Notes under the pieces: generated by a model
The model's input: only the letters and a program-made list of their open reading frames with translations
The model's database searches: none
What the model was told of the DNA's origin: nothing
Made by a program: the position numbers and the translations under genes
Origin: an uncultured bacterium
Lineage (GTDB): Bacteria > Krumholzibacteriota > Krumholzibacteriia > Krumholzibacteriales > Krumholzibacteriaceae
Direction of reading: 5' to 3'
Assembly (NCBI GenBank): GCA_963786935.1
Contig: CAWBAN010000001.1
Span: forward strand, 64,001-128,000
Length of the DNA stretch: 64,000 nt
Part shown: in pieces, positions 37,182 to 46,622 of the stretch
Layout of the letters: the number at the start of each line of letters is the position of its first letter
How positions within the stretch are numbered: position 1 is the stretch's first letter

Positions 37182-37775
37182 ATGCACGTCTACATCGTTT
37201 ATGCTCACCCGGCGAGGGCGTCGTTCAGCCGCGACGTCCTCGCCGCGTTCACGCGCGGCCTCCGCGACGCGGGGCATTCGTACGAGGTGGGCGATCTCTA
37301 CGAGATGGGCTTCGAGCCCGAGATGGATGCCGCGCAGTACGAGCGCGAGGTCGGGCTCGACGCGGACGCCCCGGTGCCCGACGACGTGCGGCGCGAGCAG
37401 GAGAAGATCGGCCGCGCGGAGGCGCTCGTGTTCATCTTTCCTCTCTGGTGGAGCGACGTTCCCGCGAAGCTCAAGGGCTGGTTCGACCGCGTCCTCACTT
37501 ACGGCTACGCCTATTTCTATAGCGAAGCCGAAGAGCGCTTCACGAAAATCTCGATCGCGAAGGCGCTCGTGATCTGTCCCGCCGGCCACACCGTGGAGCA
37601 TCTCGAGGAAACCGGCATCGCCGAGGCGATGCGCCGCATCATGCTGAACGACCGCCTGCTCGGCGTCGGCGTGCGCGAGGCGCGCCTCGAGATTCTCGGC
37701 GGTATGATGCCGAAGGACGATACCTTCCGGCAGGCAAATCTCGCAAAGGCCTACGAGCTCGGCAGATATCTCTAA
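37182..37775 (+). CDS. NAD(P)H-dependent oxidoreductase (flavodoxin-like fold)
   Basis: VYAHP...SFS, DLYEMGFEP, FPLWWSDVPAKLKGWFDRV. Confidence 0.9.
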   Translation: MHVYIVYAHPARASFSRDVLAAFTRGLRDAGHSYEVGDLYEMGFEPEMDAAQYEREVGLDADAPVPDDVRREQEKIGRAEALVFIFPLWWSDVPAKLKGWFDRVLTYGYAYFYSEAEERFTKISIAKALVICPAGHTVEHLEETGIAEAMRRIMLNDRLLGVGVREARLEILGGMMPKDDTFRQANLAKAYELGRYL

Positions 37776-37782
37776 TCAGTAA

Positions 37783-37839
37783 ATATTTATCGATTATCAA
37801 TAAATATGTATTGACAAACAATACATTCGTGGATATAAT
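37783..37839 (+). promoter_or_regulatory. Consensus sigma70 promoter with two inverted-repeat operators
   Basis: TTGACA(37811)-17 bp-TATAAT(37834); IRs atatttat-N9-ataaatat and atgtattg-N5-caatacat. Confidence 0.85.
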
Positions 37840-37884
37840 CCTCCTGTGAATGCGATAAGCGGCTCATTCAGGGAGGATGGCCTC

Positions 37885-38991
37885 ATGAAAATCAGGCGGA
37901 ATTTCGCGGCGGTGACGGCGCTCGCTCTGATCGCGCTCCTGTGCGTGTCGCCCCCCGCGGAGACCTGCTCCACGTTTCTGATGCGGAGCGGGAGGGAGAT
38001 TCTCTTCGGGCGCAACTTCGATTTCTTTCTCGACGGCGGCTGCATCATGACGAACCAGCGGGGGATCGCCAAGACGGCGCTCCTCCCGAACGCGCGCAGG
38101 CCGGCGCAGTGGACGTCGAAGCACGGGAGCGTCACCTTCAATCAGGTGAGCAAGGAGTATCCGTACGGCGGGATGAACGAGGCGGGGCTCGTCGTCGAGG
38201 TCATGTGGCTCGATTCGAGCAAGTATCCGACACCCGATGCGCGTACCCCGATCCCGGAGCTCCAGTGGATCCAGTATCAGCTCGACGCCTGCGCGAGCGT
38301 CGCCGAGGTGATCTCGACGGACGACAGTATCCGCATCGCGTCGACCGGCTCCCCGATTCACTTCCTCGTCGCCGACCGCTCGGGGGACGCGGCGACGATC
38401 GAGTTCGTCGACGGGCGGACGGTCGTGCACCGGGGCGCCGATCTCCCGGTGAAGGCGCTCACGAACGACACGTATGACGAGTCGATGACCTTCCTGAAGC
38501 TCCACCGCGGCTTCGGCGGCGGGAAGGAGATCGCGAAGACGGGGGAGTCGCTCGACCGCTTCGCCGTGGTCGCCTCGATGCTCGCCGACCGCGGCGCCGT
38601 CCGCCGCGGCAGGGAAACGGCGCGGGCGTTCGAGATCCTCGACGCGGTGAAGCAGGGGAAGTGGACCGTGTGGACCATCGTGTACGACGTGAAGCGTGGA
38701 ACGATATCGCTCAAGACGGTCGGGAACGGCGACATCAGGACCATCGACATGAAGAAATTCGATTTCGACTGCGCCGCGCCCGCGCGCATGCTCGATATCG
38801 AGACACACGCGAAGGGCGCGATCGAAAAGCGCTTCGAGAATTACACGACCGAGCTCAACCGCGCCATGGTGAAGCGGACGTTCGAGGGCTTCCATAGGAA
38901 TGATTTCCTGAAATCGGTCACGGAACCGATGCAGGAGTATCTCGCGCGCTATCCCGAGACGCTCCGCTGCTCGGACAGGAGGTCGTCATGA
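37885..38991 (+). CDS. Secreted Ntn-hydrolase (choloylglycine hydrolase / penicillin V acylase family)
   Basis: Signal peptide then CSTF nucleophile; GRNFD, GGMNEAGL, LTND. Confidence 0.85.
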   Translation: MKIRRNFAAVTALALIALLCVSPPAETCSTFLMRSGREILFGRNFDFFLDGGCIMTNQRGIAKTALLPNARRPAQWTSKHGSVTFNQVSKEYPYGGMNEAGLVVEVMWLDSSKYPTPDARTPIPELQWIQYQLDACASVAEVISTDDSIRIASTGSPIHFLVADRSGDAATIEFVDGRTVVHRGADLPVKALTNDTYDESMTFLKLHRGFGGGKEIAKTGESLDRFAVVASMLADRGAVRRGRETARAFEILDAVKQGKWTVWTIVYDVKRGTISLKTVGNGDIRTIDMKKFDFDCAAPARMLDIETHAKGAIEKRFENYTTELNRAMVKRTFEGFHRNDFLKSVTEPMQEYLARYPETLRCSDRRSS

Positions 38992-39638
38992 GAATCGCAC
39001 GTCCGTCGTCGTTCACGGGACTGGCCAAGGCGATCATCTATCTCGCCTTCGGCGCCTCGCTTCTCGTCACCCTGTATTCGGTCGGATCGTTCATCTACAT
39101 GATGGCGAACGCCGACGATCTGAGCAGGATCGCGGCGACCAACAGGTACGAGATGTCCGCGCTCACGGAGGAGCTCTCCTCGGACATCCGGCAGTCGGAG
39201 AGCGGCGACGTCAGGTTCAGGCTCTACAAGATCTACGGCGAGTATTCGTATCTCAACATGCCGCGCGGGCTCGTGCTCGCCATTTTCTTCAGGGAGCTCG
39301 TTCTCTGCGGGCTCTTCTTCATCGGCGTCGTGCAGCTCGCCAATATGTTCGAGGACGTGAGCCGGGGGAAGCCCTTCGTTCGCGAAAACGCCGCGCGCCT
39401 CCGCGTCGTCGGCTATGCGATGGCGGGAGGGGCGCTCTTCAAGTTCCTCGTGCAGATGGCCACGGTTCTTCTTTTCAGGGGCGACATCGAGATGAGCGGA
39501 GCCGCGATCCCGTGGCTCTGGCTTCTCAAGGAGACGTTCAACTGGGGGCTCCTCGCGGGCGGAATCGTGGTGCTCGTGATCTCCGAGGTGTTCCGCGTCG
39601 GCACGCGGCTGCAGGAAGAACAGGAACTGACGGTGTGA
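38988..39638 (+). CDS. DUF2975 domain membrane protein
   Basis: KPFVRENAARLR, ISEVFRVGTRLQEEQELTV C-terminus. Confidence 0.85.
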   Translation: MRIARPSSFTGLAKAIIYLAFGASLLVTLYSVGSFIYMMANADDLSRIAATNRYEMSALTEELSSDIRQSESGDVRFRLYKIYGEYSYLNMPRGLVLAIFFRELVLCGLFFIGVVQLANMFEDVSRGKPFVRENAARLRVVGYAMAGGALFKFLVQMATVLLFRGDIEMSGAAIPWLWLLKETFNWGLLAGGIVVLVISEVFRVGTRLQEEQELTV

Positions 39639-39645
39639 GGTCGAT

Positions 39646-39897
39646 ATGCCTATCATAGTGAATCTCGACGTGCAGCTCGCCAAGCGGAAGATGAAGCTCA
39701 CCGACCTCGCCGAGCGTGTGGGGATCACGATCGCGAACCTCTCGATCCTCAAGCAGGGGAAGGCGCGGGCGATACGCTTCTCGACCCTCGAGGCGATCTG
39801 CCGGGAGCTCGACTGCCAGCCGGGGGACATTCTCGAGTACCGCGCCGGCGTCTTCAATCCGCCGTGGCCGCCGGACGGGGACCAGTTCATGGCGTGA
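39646..39897 (+). CDS. XRE/YozG-family HTH transcriptional regulator
   Basis: MPIIVNLDVQLAKRKM...ANLSILKQGKARAIRFSTLEAICRELDCQPGDILEY. Confidence 0.92.
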   Translation: MPIIVNLDVQLAKRKMKLTDLAERVGITIANLSILKQGKARAIRFSTLEAICRELDCQPGDILEYRAGVFNPPWPPDGDQFMA

Positions 39898-39979
39898 CCC
39901 GCGGGGCGTTCCGGAAGGGTCCTCCGCGGGCGACACTTTTTATGGTGCGAAAACGGGCCGGTATGCTACCGTCCCCCGC

Positions 39980-40291
39980 ATGAAGCACGACGATCGCGAT
40001 CGGGGAGAGCCGGCGGACGATCAGGTCTGCGTCTTCCGTACGGGGGACGAAGAGATCGCGGCCGCCGTCAAGGCGGTCCTCGACGGCGAGGGGATCCGCT
40101 ACGTCGCGCGCAACGTCGAGCTGCAGGAGCTCTTCGGCGCGGGGCGCGGCCGCGGGAGCATCAACTTCGCGGTCGGCTCCGTCGATTTTCTCGTGTCCCG
40201 GGAGGACGCCGAGCGCGCGCGCGGCGTCCTGAACGCCCTGCGAGAAGGCTTCCTGCGCGGCGACGGCAACGGGAACGATTGCGGCGAATAA
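39980..40291 (+). CDS. DUF2007-like putative signal-transducing protein
   Basis: AAAVKAVLDGEGIRY...LVSREDAERAR. Confidence 0.7.
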   Translation: MKHDDRDRGEPADDQVCVFRTGDEEIAAAVKAVLDGEGIRYVARNVELQELFGAGRGRGSINFAVGSVDFLVSREDAERARGVLNALREGFLRGDGNGNDCGE

Positions 40292-40351
40292 TCGTATAAT
40301 CCAGCGAACAGCATTCAATCTGCGGCCTTGAGCCTTCGACGGGAGGATACC

Positions 40352-40909
40352 ATGTCGAAACGCATTCTGCTCGCGGGCGTGCTCGGCGCGATCGCGCTCA
40401 TGCTCTGGACCTTCGTGACGAGCGCCTTTTTCCTGTTCAACGTCAAGATGCGGATGCAGCAGCTTCCGAACGAGCGCGCGGTCTATCAGATGCTGAAGGA
40501 GAACGTCACGGCTCCGGGCGTGTACGTGGTCAACCCCGAGGTCGTGCCGGAGCAGGGATACCCGTCCGGGGAGCCCGTGTTCGGCCTCACGTATGCGGGG
40601 TTCGGGCACGAGGCGGCGGGGCGGCTCGTCGCCGTGCAGCCGCTCATCGCGCTCGTTTCGTGCCTGCTCGCGGCGTGGCTCCTCTCGAAGGCTTCGAGCC
40701 GCGTGCTCTCGAGCTACGCGCGGAAGGTCTGCTTCGTTTCCAGCATCGGCCTTCTCGTCGCCGTGTTCGGGGATCTCATGAAGTTCGGGATCGGCGGCTA
40801 CCCGGCGGCCACGGCGGCGATCGTCGCGGCGTACGACCTCGTCTCATGGATCATCGCCGGTCTCGTGATCGCGGGCGTCATGCGCGCGCCCGCGGAGCCG
40901 GCCGCATAG
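40352..40909 (+). CDS. Hypothetical membrane protein
   Basis: GGAGG RBS; about four hydrophobic helices. Confidence 0.7.
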   Translation: MSKRILLAGVLGAIALMLWTFVTSAFFLFNVKMRMQQLPNERAVYQMLKENVTAPGVYVVNPEVVPEQGYPSGEPVFGLTYAGFGHEAAGRLVAVQPLIALVSCLLAAWLLSKASSRVLSSYARKVCFVSSIGLLVAVFGDLMKFGIGGYPAATAAIVAAYDLVSWIIAGLVIAGVMRAPAEPAA

Positions 40910-40945
40910 GAACGCGTTCCGCGAGACAGATGGTTCCTCCCGGTT

Positions 40946-42667
40946 CTACTCGGTCCGCGGCGATTCGTCGCGGGCGCCGCCCTCGTAGAGCCCGACGATC
41001 TTGACGGCGTTCCCGTTCTCGTCGAGCTCGAAGGTCATCCGGAACGACGGCAAGCCCTTGATGAAAAACGTATCGCGCGACAGCGCGACGAGCGGCCGGT
41101 ATTCGGCATATCTCCCGCCGTCGCGGAGATAATGGAGGGTCCCGCCCTCAATCTTGATGTGGCGGGCCCCGTAGTCGCCGGCCATCTTCCTCAAATCCTC
41201 TTCGGCCGATTTATACGCGCTGCCTACCGCCCGCACGTAATCCATGCTCCACGCGACGGCGTCCGCCGCGGCCGTGTCCTCGGGGGCCGTCCGCGCCTCC
41301 TCGAGAAGGGTCCGCGCGCGCTCGATGTCCTCTGCCGCGATGCAGGCCCGGGCGAGGGCGAGATACGCCGTCCCGGACCGGGGATGCTGCGAGAGGTTGT
41401 ACTCGAACACCTTGACCATTTCCGCCAAGAGTCCTTCCTGCTGGAGCACGTTGCCGAGGTAATCGACGTCCCCCGTCGAGAGCTCGCCGGGATATTTCGC
41501 CTTGAGCTCGTCGAGCCGCTCCATGGCCTGCGGGCCGCCGTCCTTGAGCGCCCATGCGAGCTGATAGAACAGCGAATCGAAGGCGCGATAGTTCAGGACC
41601 CGGCAGCCCGTTGCGCCGCCGCCGATGCTGCCGGCGACGACCTGCGAGCAGACGCTCAGCCCGTTATGGCTGTTCGTCATATAGACGACGCCGGTCTTCT
41701 TCGCGGGATAGGCGATGATGTAGTTGCGGAAGACGTCGTAGTCCCCCCATTGCCAGATCGCCCGGCCGTTCCCGTCGTCCTGCGTGCCGAAGCCGAGGCT
41801 CCAGCCGAGCCCTTTTTCCTTATCCATGTCGATCCGCGGGGTCAGCATTTCCTTGAGCGTCCCCGGCCGGAGGCCCGTGCCGTTCAGCACGGCGCAGACG
41901 AACTTCGCGTAGTCCTCGGCCGTCGTGTAGAGCGAGGCGGAGGCGAACGCCTCGTTCCGCTTGCGAAAATCCGCGGGCTTCCCGAAGAAGCCGTGCCCGT
42001 TCGCCATGTTCTTCTCGTAATCGTCGCGCCAGACGAGGCGGCTTCGCGTCATGCCGAGGGGATCGAGAACCTCCTTCTGCATCAGGTTCTCGAGCCTGTC
42101 CCCCTTGAGCTTTTCGACGACCTTCTGGAGCATCTCATACCCCTCGGCCGAGTATTTCCATTTCGTTCCCGGCTCGAAGAAGAGGGGGTACGGGACGCCC
42201 CCTTCGCCGTGGGGCATGCCGCTCGAGTGGCTCAGCACCTGCCGGGCCGTGATTTTCTCGAGCCACTCGCGATGGAAATCCTTCTGGTCGAGCGGGTGGC
42301 CGAGCTTCTTCTCGATTTCCTCCGTGGAGAAGAATCCGAGCAGCGGCTTGTCGAGATCGACGACGCCCTGATCCACGAGCATCATGACGTAGTAGGCGAA
42401 GAACGGCTTCGTGAGGGAGGCTGCCTCGAAGATCGTCTCGTCCGTGACGGGCTCCCCGGTCGCCGTGCTTTTCACGCCGAAGCCCCCGTGCCAGACGATC
42501 TTCCCGTCCCGAATGACCGCGATCTGCAGGCCGGGAATATGAGCTTCCTTCATGAGCCGGGGGATCTCGTTCTCGAGGTCCTTGATTTCGTCCGCCCGGG
42601 CCGGCGCGAACGGCGAAAGGGCGAGAATCGAAATAGCGGCGAGAAGCACGCGGATCGATCCATTCAT
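40946..42667 (-). CDS. Secreted serine hydrolase (class C beta-lactamase-like) with TPR-like region
   Basis: Signal peptide; FEAASLTK (SxxK), LSHSSG, PGTKWKYS; helical repeat segment. Confidence 0.87.
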   Translation of the reverse strand: MNGSIRVLLAAISILALSPFAPARADEIKDLENEIPRLMKEAHIPGLQIAVIRDGKIVWHGGFGVKSTATGEPVTDETIFEAASLTKPFFAYYVMMLVDQGVVDLDKPLLGFFSTEEIEKKLGHPLDQKDFHREWLEKITARQVLSHSSGMPHGEGGVPYPLFFEPGTKWKYSAEGYEMLQKVVEKLKGDRLENLMQKEVLDPLGMTRSRLVWRDDYEKNMANGHGFFGKPADFRKRNEAFASASLYTTAEDYAKFVCAVLNGTGLRPGTLKEMLTPRIDMDKEKGLGWSLGFGTQDDGNGRAIWQWGDYDVFRNYIIAYPAKKTGVVYMTNSHNGLSVCSQVVAGSIGGGATGCRVLNYRAFDSLFYQLAWALKDGGPQAMERLDELKAKYPGELSTGDVDYLGNVLQQEGLLAEMVKVFEYNLSQHPRSGTAYLALARACIAAEDIERARTLLEEARTAPEDTAAADAVAWSMDYVRAVGSAYKSAEEDLRKMAGDYGARHIKIEGGTLHYLRDGGRYAEYRPLVALSRDTFFIKGLPSFRMTFELDENGNAVKIVGLYEGGARDESPRTE

Positions 42668-42757
42668 TGCGAATCTCCTCCTCGGAAAGGGCATAATTGC
42701 GCTTAGATATTAAACGCAGAATCCGGTAGAATGTTGCCGGCAGGAGGCTGGAATTCC

Positions 42758-43156
42758 ATGGGATGGAAAGCGAAGGAAGAATGGGCGCGGCGGGTGGATG
42801 CGCTCAAGGCCGACTCGTACGCGCTCTACCTCGCGGCGAAGGACCCCCGCGTGCCGTGGTACGCGAAGCTGCTGGCGGGCGCCGTCGTCATCTACGCGTT
42901 GAGCCCCATCGATCTGATACCCGATTTCATCCCGGTGATCGGGCTCCTCGACGACATGATCATCATACCGCTCGGGCTCGGGCTCGCGCTCAAGATGATT
43001 CCGCGCGAGGTGGTGGAGGATCACCGGCGGGAGGCGCGCGAGCGGCTCGCCGAGGGGGTGCCGGGGCGATGGATCGGGGCGGTGATCGTGATTTGCATCT
43101 GGATTCTCCTACTCTGGCTCATTGCGAGACCGCTGATGAAACGGCTCTCGGAGTAG
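42758..43156 (+). CDS. YkvA/DUF1232 family membrane protein
   Basis: DPRVPWYAK, YALSPIDLIPDFIPVIGLLDD. Confidence 0.9.
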   Translation: MGWKAKEEWARRVDALKADSYALYLAAKDPRVPWYAKLLAGAVVIYALSPIDLIPDFIPVIGLLDDMIIIPLGLGLALKMIPREVVEDHRREARERLAEGVPGRWIGAVIVICIWILLLWLIARPLMKRLSE

Positions 43157-43397
43157 CGATATATTCTATTGAAATCCATACATAAGTGCTGTGTTTATTG
43201 AATATCACTGCAAGCGCTCGCAGCCTATCCGGGTGCGTCGGCAAAATGTCTTGAATTAACCTATTTGCTGGCAGTAGACTAACTCGACTCCCTTGGAAAG
43301 CATCCGTGCTATGCTGCGATATTCCGCAGTCCTATTTACGAAATACGGACCTGTCTATCAAGAAACGTGCAGAATAGATGATGGAGGGATTTGCCGT

Positions 43398-43844
43398 ATG
43401 ATCAGATACCATCACCGGCAGCTGGGCGCATTGACGCTGATTATTGGAGCCGTAAGCGTATTTCTGCTAGCGGCGCTCCTCTACTTCGTCGAGCCGCACC
43501 CGGTCGGAATCGCCGTCCTGATACTCCTCGTCGTATGCTTTTCGCTCTTCTCGACGCTTACCGTCGAGGTGACGGAAACCGTTATTCTCGTGAAGTTCGG
43601 TCCGGGTCTCATCCGGAAGAAGTTTCCGCTCAACGCCGTTCGGAGCGCGCAGGCGGTGCGCAACGAGTGGTATTACGGGTGGGGGATCCGGACGCTGCCA
43701 AAAGGGCTCTTGTACAACGTGTCGGGTCTGGATGCGGTCGAGATCGAAATGGCCGACGGCGGCGTTCACCGCATCGGAACGGATGAGCCAACCGAGCTGC
43801 TCAGGGTAATACAAGATGCATGCGGCCTGGAGGTGAAGGCATGA
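43398..43844 (+). CDS. Hypothetical membrane protein (two TM plus PH-like domain)
   Basis: GGAGG RBS; WYYGWGIR, YNVSGLDAVE, IGTDEP. Confidence 0.75.
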   Translation: MIRYHHRQLGALTLIIGAVSVFLLAALLYFVEPHPVGIAVLILLVVCFSLFSTLTVEVTETVILVKFGPGLIRKKFPLNAVRSAQAVRNEWYYGWGIRTLPKGLLYNVSGLDAVEIEMADGGVHRIGTDEPTELLRVIQDACGLEVKA

Positions 43845-44449
43845 AATGCGCCCTGGTCATCATCTCGGTGGCGCTGCTCGCTTGCGCGAATGCATTCGCC
43901 GGAACTCATGGTGGGGGAATAAAAGGGGGATTGCTGGTATCGAGCCCCACCGGCGACGATGTGGCCACGTACAACGTCGAATCGCTGAATACCTTCGCGT
44001 TCGGCGCTTTCTATCGGTACACGTTCTCGCAGCTCCTCTCGCTGCAGGTCGAAGCGCTCTACTCGCACAAGGGCGCAACGGGGACCATCTATGCCATCGA
44101 CGGCCAGGTGAATCTCTGGTATCTCGATTTCGCGCCGCTTCTGCAATGCAGGGTGCTGGACAAATCGGGATTCCTGAGCGACCTGTATGCCGGTCCCACC
44201 GTCAGCATGCGCTTGGATGCGAGCTTCGAGAGCGGCGCGATGGGCGACGATTACTGGGATATCTCATCGGGCACGAAAGCATACGACTATGGATACGCGA
44301 TAGGCGCGAAGCTGGGGCTGGCGCGGGGAGGCAACGAAGCGTGCATCGATGTGCGCTACTCCGCGGGATTGGTCGCGCCGAATGACACCGGCCGCGAGAT
44401 CGATTTGAAGCACAGGACATACACGGTCATGCTCGAGCTCTATTTCTAG
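43841..44449 (+). CDS. Outer-membrane beta-barrel (porin-like) protein
   Basis: Signal peptide, GIKGG, LQVEALYSHKG, alternating beta pattern, terminal Phe. Confidence 0.8.
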   Translation: MKCALVIISVALLACANAFAGTHGGGIKGGLLVSSPTGDDVATYNVESLNTFAFGAFYRYTFSQLLSLQVEALYSHKGATGTIYAIDGQVNLWYLDFAPLLQCRVLDKSGFLSDLYAGPTVSMRLDASFESGAMGDDYWDISSGTKAYDYGYAIGAKLGLARGGNEACIDVRYSAGLVAPNDTGREIDLKHRTYTVMLELYF

Positions 44450-44462
44450 GCGAAGGAATCAC

Positions 44463-44834
44463 GTGGGCTCAGAAGAACGGCTCTTGTCGGCATTCGAGTG
44501 TTTCAGGAAAGCCTTGTTCGATTCCGACGTCGCGGCTCTTCGAGCGTTGATCGCCGACGATTATCAGGGATTCGATCCGCAGGGCCGGCGGCAGAGCAAG
44601 GAGATGATACTCGAGGCGTATCGTCCGGGCGGCGTCGCTTTGGATCGGTATGACGTCGAGGATATTCAGACACGAATCGTCGGCGACGTCGGCATCGTCA
44701 CCGGCACGGGCCGCGTCGAAGGGCGATACGCCGAAGACCGTTTCGCGCACCACGTGAGGTTCGTCGATCTGTACGTTCATAGAGACGGCGGCTGGCAGCT
44801 GTACGTGGGGCAGGTCACGCCTCTCGGAGCGTGA
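44463..44834 (+). CDS. NTF2-like / DUF4440 protein
   Basis: DVAALRALIADDY...GDVGIVTG...RDGGWQ. Confidence 0.8.
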   Translation: MGSEERLLSAFECFRKALFDSDVAALRALIADDYQGFDPQGRRQSKEMILEAYRPGGVALDRYDVEDIQTRIVGDVGIVTGTGRVEGRYAEDRFAHHVRFVDLYVHRDGGWQLYVGQVTPLGA

Positions 44835-45571
44835 AGGAAGGAAAGCCCATTAATCAAAAAGCCATGGAGCCGTTCGGGCGTGCGCTCCTCACCTATCTCG
44901 AGGGGGACGCGAGCGCGGAGCTCGTGCTTCGCAGGGACGATGGGTTGGAGAGCGTGATCCCCGTGTCGCTGTTCTTCCGAGACGAGCCGGGTTTCAACGA
45001 TCTGGAGAATAAAGCGATCGAGCTCTGCGCGGGACGCGTGCTCGATATCGGGGCCGGCGCCGGTTCGCTGAGCATCGCGCTCCAGCGAAGGGGGCTCGCC
45101 GTCACCGCCATGGATATCAGTCAGGAGGCCGTTGTCGTTGCGAGGCGGCGCGGCGTGACGGACGCCCTCTGCGCGGACATCGTCGCGTTCGAGGGCGGGC
45201 CCTTCGACACGTTGCTGATGATGGGGCACGGCGTCGGGATGGTCGAGACGATCGAGGGCCTGGACCGCTTTCTTACGCGCGCCCATTTGCTTCTCGGCCC
45301 CAACGGGCGGCTGCTCCTCGATTCACTCGATGTGCGCGTCACGGACGACGCGCGGCACCTCGCGTACCACGAGGCGAACCGGAAAGCCGGCCGCTACATC
45401 GGTGAAATTCGAATGCGGATCGAGTTTGGGGGCATGCCAGGGCCTTCCTACAGCTGGCTGCAGGTGGACGCCGAGACCCTGCGGGCGCATGCCGAGCCGG
45501 TGGGCTGGCGATGCGAGATCGTCCATCGAGCCGAGAGCGGCGACTATTTGGCGAAACTCCTGCGACGGTAA
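44831..45571 (+). CDS. Class I SAM-dependent methyltransferase
   Basis: RVLDIGAGAG, FDTLLMMGHG. Confidence 0.88.
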   Translation: MKEGKPINQKAMEPFGRALLTYLEGDASAELVLRRDDGLESVIPVSLFFRDEPGFNDLENKAIELCAGRVLDIGAGAGSLSIALQRRGLAVTAMDISQEAVVVARRRGVTDALCADIVAFEGGPFDTLLMMGHGVGMVETIEGLDRFLTRAHLLLGPNGRLLLDSLDVRVTDDARHLAYHEANRKAGRYIGEIRMRIEFGGMPGPSYSWLQVDAETLRAHAEPVGWRCEIVHRAESGDYLAKLLRR

Positions 45572-45593
45572 ACAATATGGAGGATGAGGACTC

Positions 45594-46130
45594 ATGAGAA
45601 TAATGCGCGTGGCGTTTGCCTGTCTCGTGATCGGCGGGCTCTCGATCGGGCTCGCGGCGTGCTCGGGGCGGCAGCCGGCGCGAGGGAATTCGCCGGCCCC
45701 GCAGGATCCATTGAACGGCGCATGGCGGCTCGTCACGATGCGCCTGATCGCCGCGGACGGGAAGAGTTTCGAGCTTCCCGTGCGCGAGAGCCTGATCATT
45801 TTCGCGAACTGCTATTACAGCCTCGACTATGCGTTCGGCGACTCCGTCGCGGCGTACGCGGAGCGGTGGCACCCGAGCGAGAGCGAGAAGATCGCGCGGT
45901 TCAGCTCCATGATCGTGAACTCCGGATCGTACCGGCTCGAGGGCGAGCGCATGATCGCGAAGCCGATTTTCGCGCTCGCGCCGGAGTTCGTGGGGGGCGA
46001 GGGAGTATTCTCGTTCGCGTTCGCGGCCGACACGCTGGAGCTCACGTGGGAGCGCAGCGTCGCGTTCGACGGGCTCGAGTATCCGTCGCGCGGCACGGTC
46101 ACGCTGCTCCGTCTTGTGCGGGCGCAATAA
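45594..46130 (+). CDS. Lipoprotein with lipocalin-like domain
   Basis: Lipobox LAAC; LNGAWRLV. Confidence 0.65.
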   Translation: MRIMRVAFACLVIGGLSIGLAACSGRQPARGNSPAPQDPLNGAWRLVTMRLIAADGKSFELPVRESLIIFANCYYSLDYAFGDSVAAYAERWHPSESEKIARFSSMIVNSGSYRLEGERMIAKPIFALAPEFVGGEGVFSFAFAADTLELTWERSVAFDGLEYPSRGTVTLLRLVRAQ

Positions 46131-46170
46131 GCGGCGCCCGCGACGCGCCTCCGGCGCAGAAAGGCATCGA

Positions 46171-46594
46171 ATGAATCTGTCTTACGAAGCGCGCCTCCCC
46201 GCGGCGGAGGAATTCTTCGCGCTCTTCGCGACGACCGGGTGGAACGACGAGTATCATCTCACGGCGGAGGAGCTGCACGCGGCGATCTCGCTGAGCTGGC
46301 ATGCGCTCTCGGTCTACAAGGGGACGCGTCTCATCGGCTTCGGGCGCGTGGTCTCGGACGGCGTGCTGCACGCGATGATCTACGACCTGATCGTCCTTCC
46401 CGAATACCGGGGGAAGGGGATCGGCGCGGAGATTCTCAGGCGGCTCGTGGAGACGTGCCGCGACGCCGGCATTCGCGACGTGCAGCTCTTCGCCGCCCGG
46501 GGGAGACGGGCAGTTCTACGAGCGGCGGGGCTTCCGTGCCCGCGCCGACGAGGCGCCGGGGATGGATTACAAGGGAGAGGGCCCGGCGCGTTGA
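46171..46594 (+). CDS. GNAT N-acetyltransferase (apparent 1-bp frameshift near 46500-46510)
   Basis: LIGFGRVVSDG, IVLPEYRGKGIG; the expected FYERRGF motif lies in the +1 frame, ending TGA 46592-46594. Confidence 0.8.
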
Positions 46595-46622
46595 ATCAGT
46601 TCTCGACGAGAGAGGAGGATCG

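Noticed and set aside
40946..42667. Bona fide antibiotic-resistance beta-lactamase
   Set aside because: SxxK family membership alone does not show beta-lactamase activity; many such proteins are peptidases or esterases.
43157..43397. ncRNA or recombination site in the AT-rich spacer
   Set aside because: No convincing stem-loop, tRNA fold, dif-like palindrome or repeat recognised; most simply a promoter region of acquired DNA.
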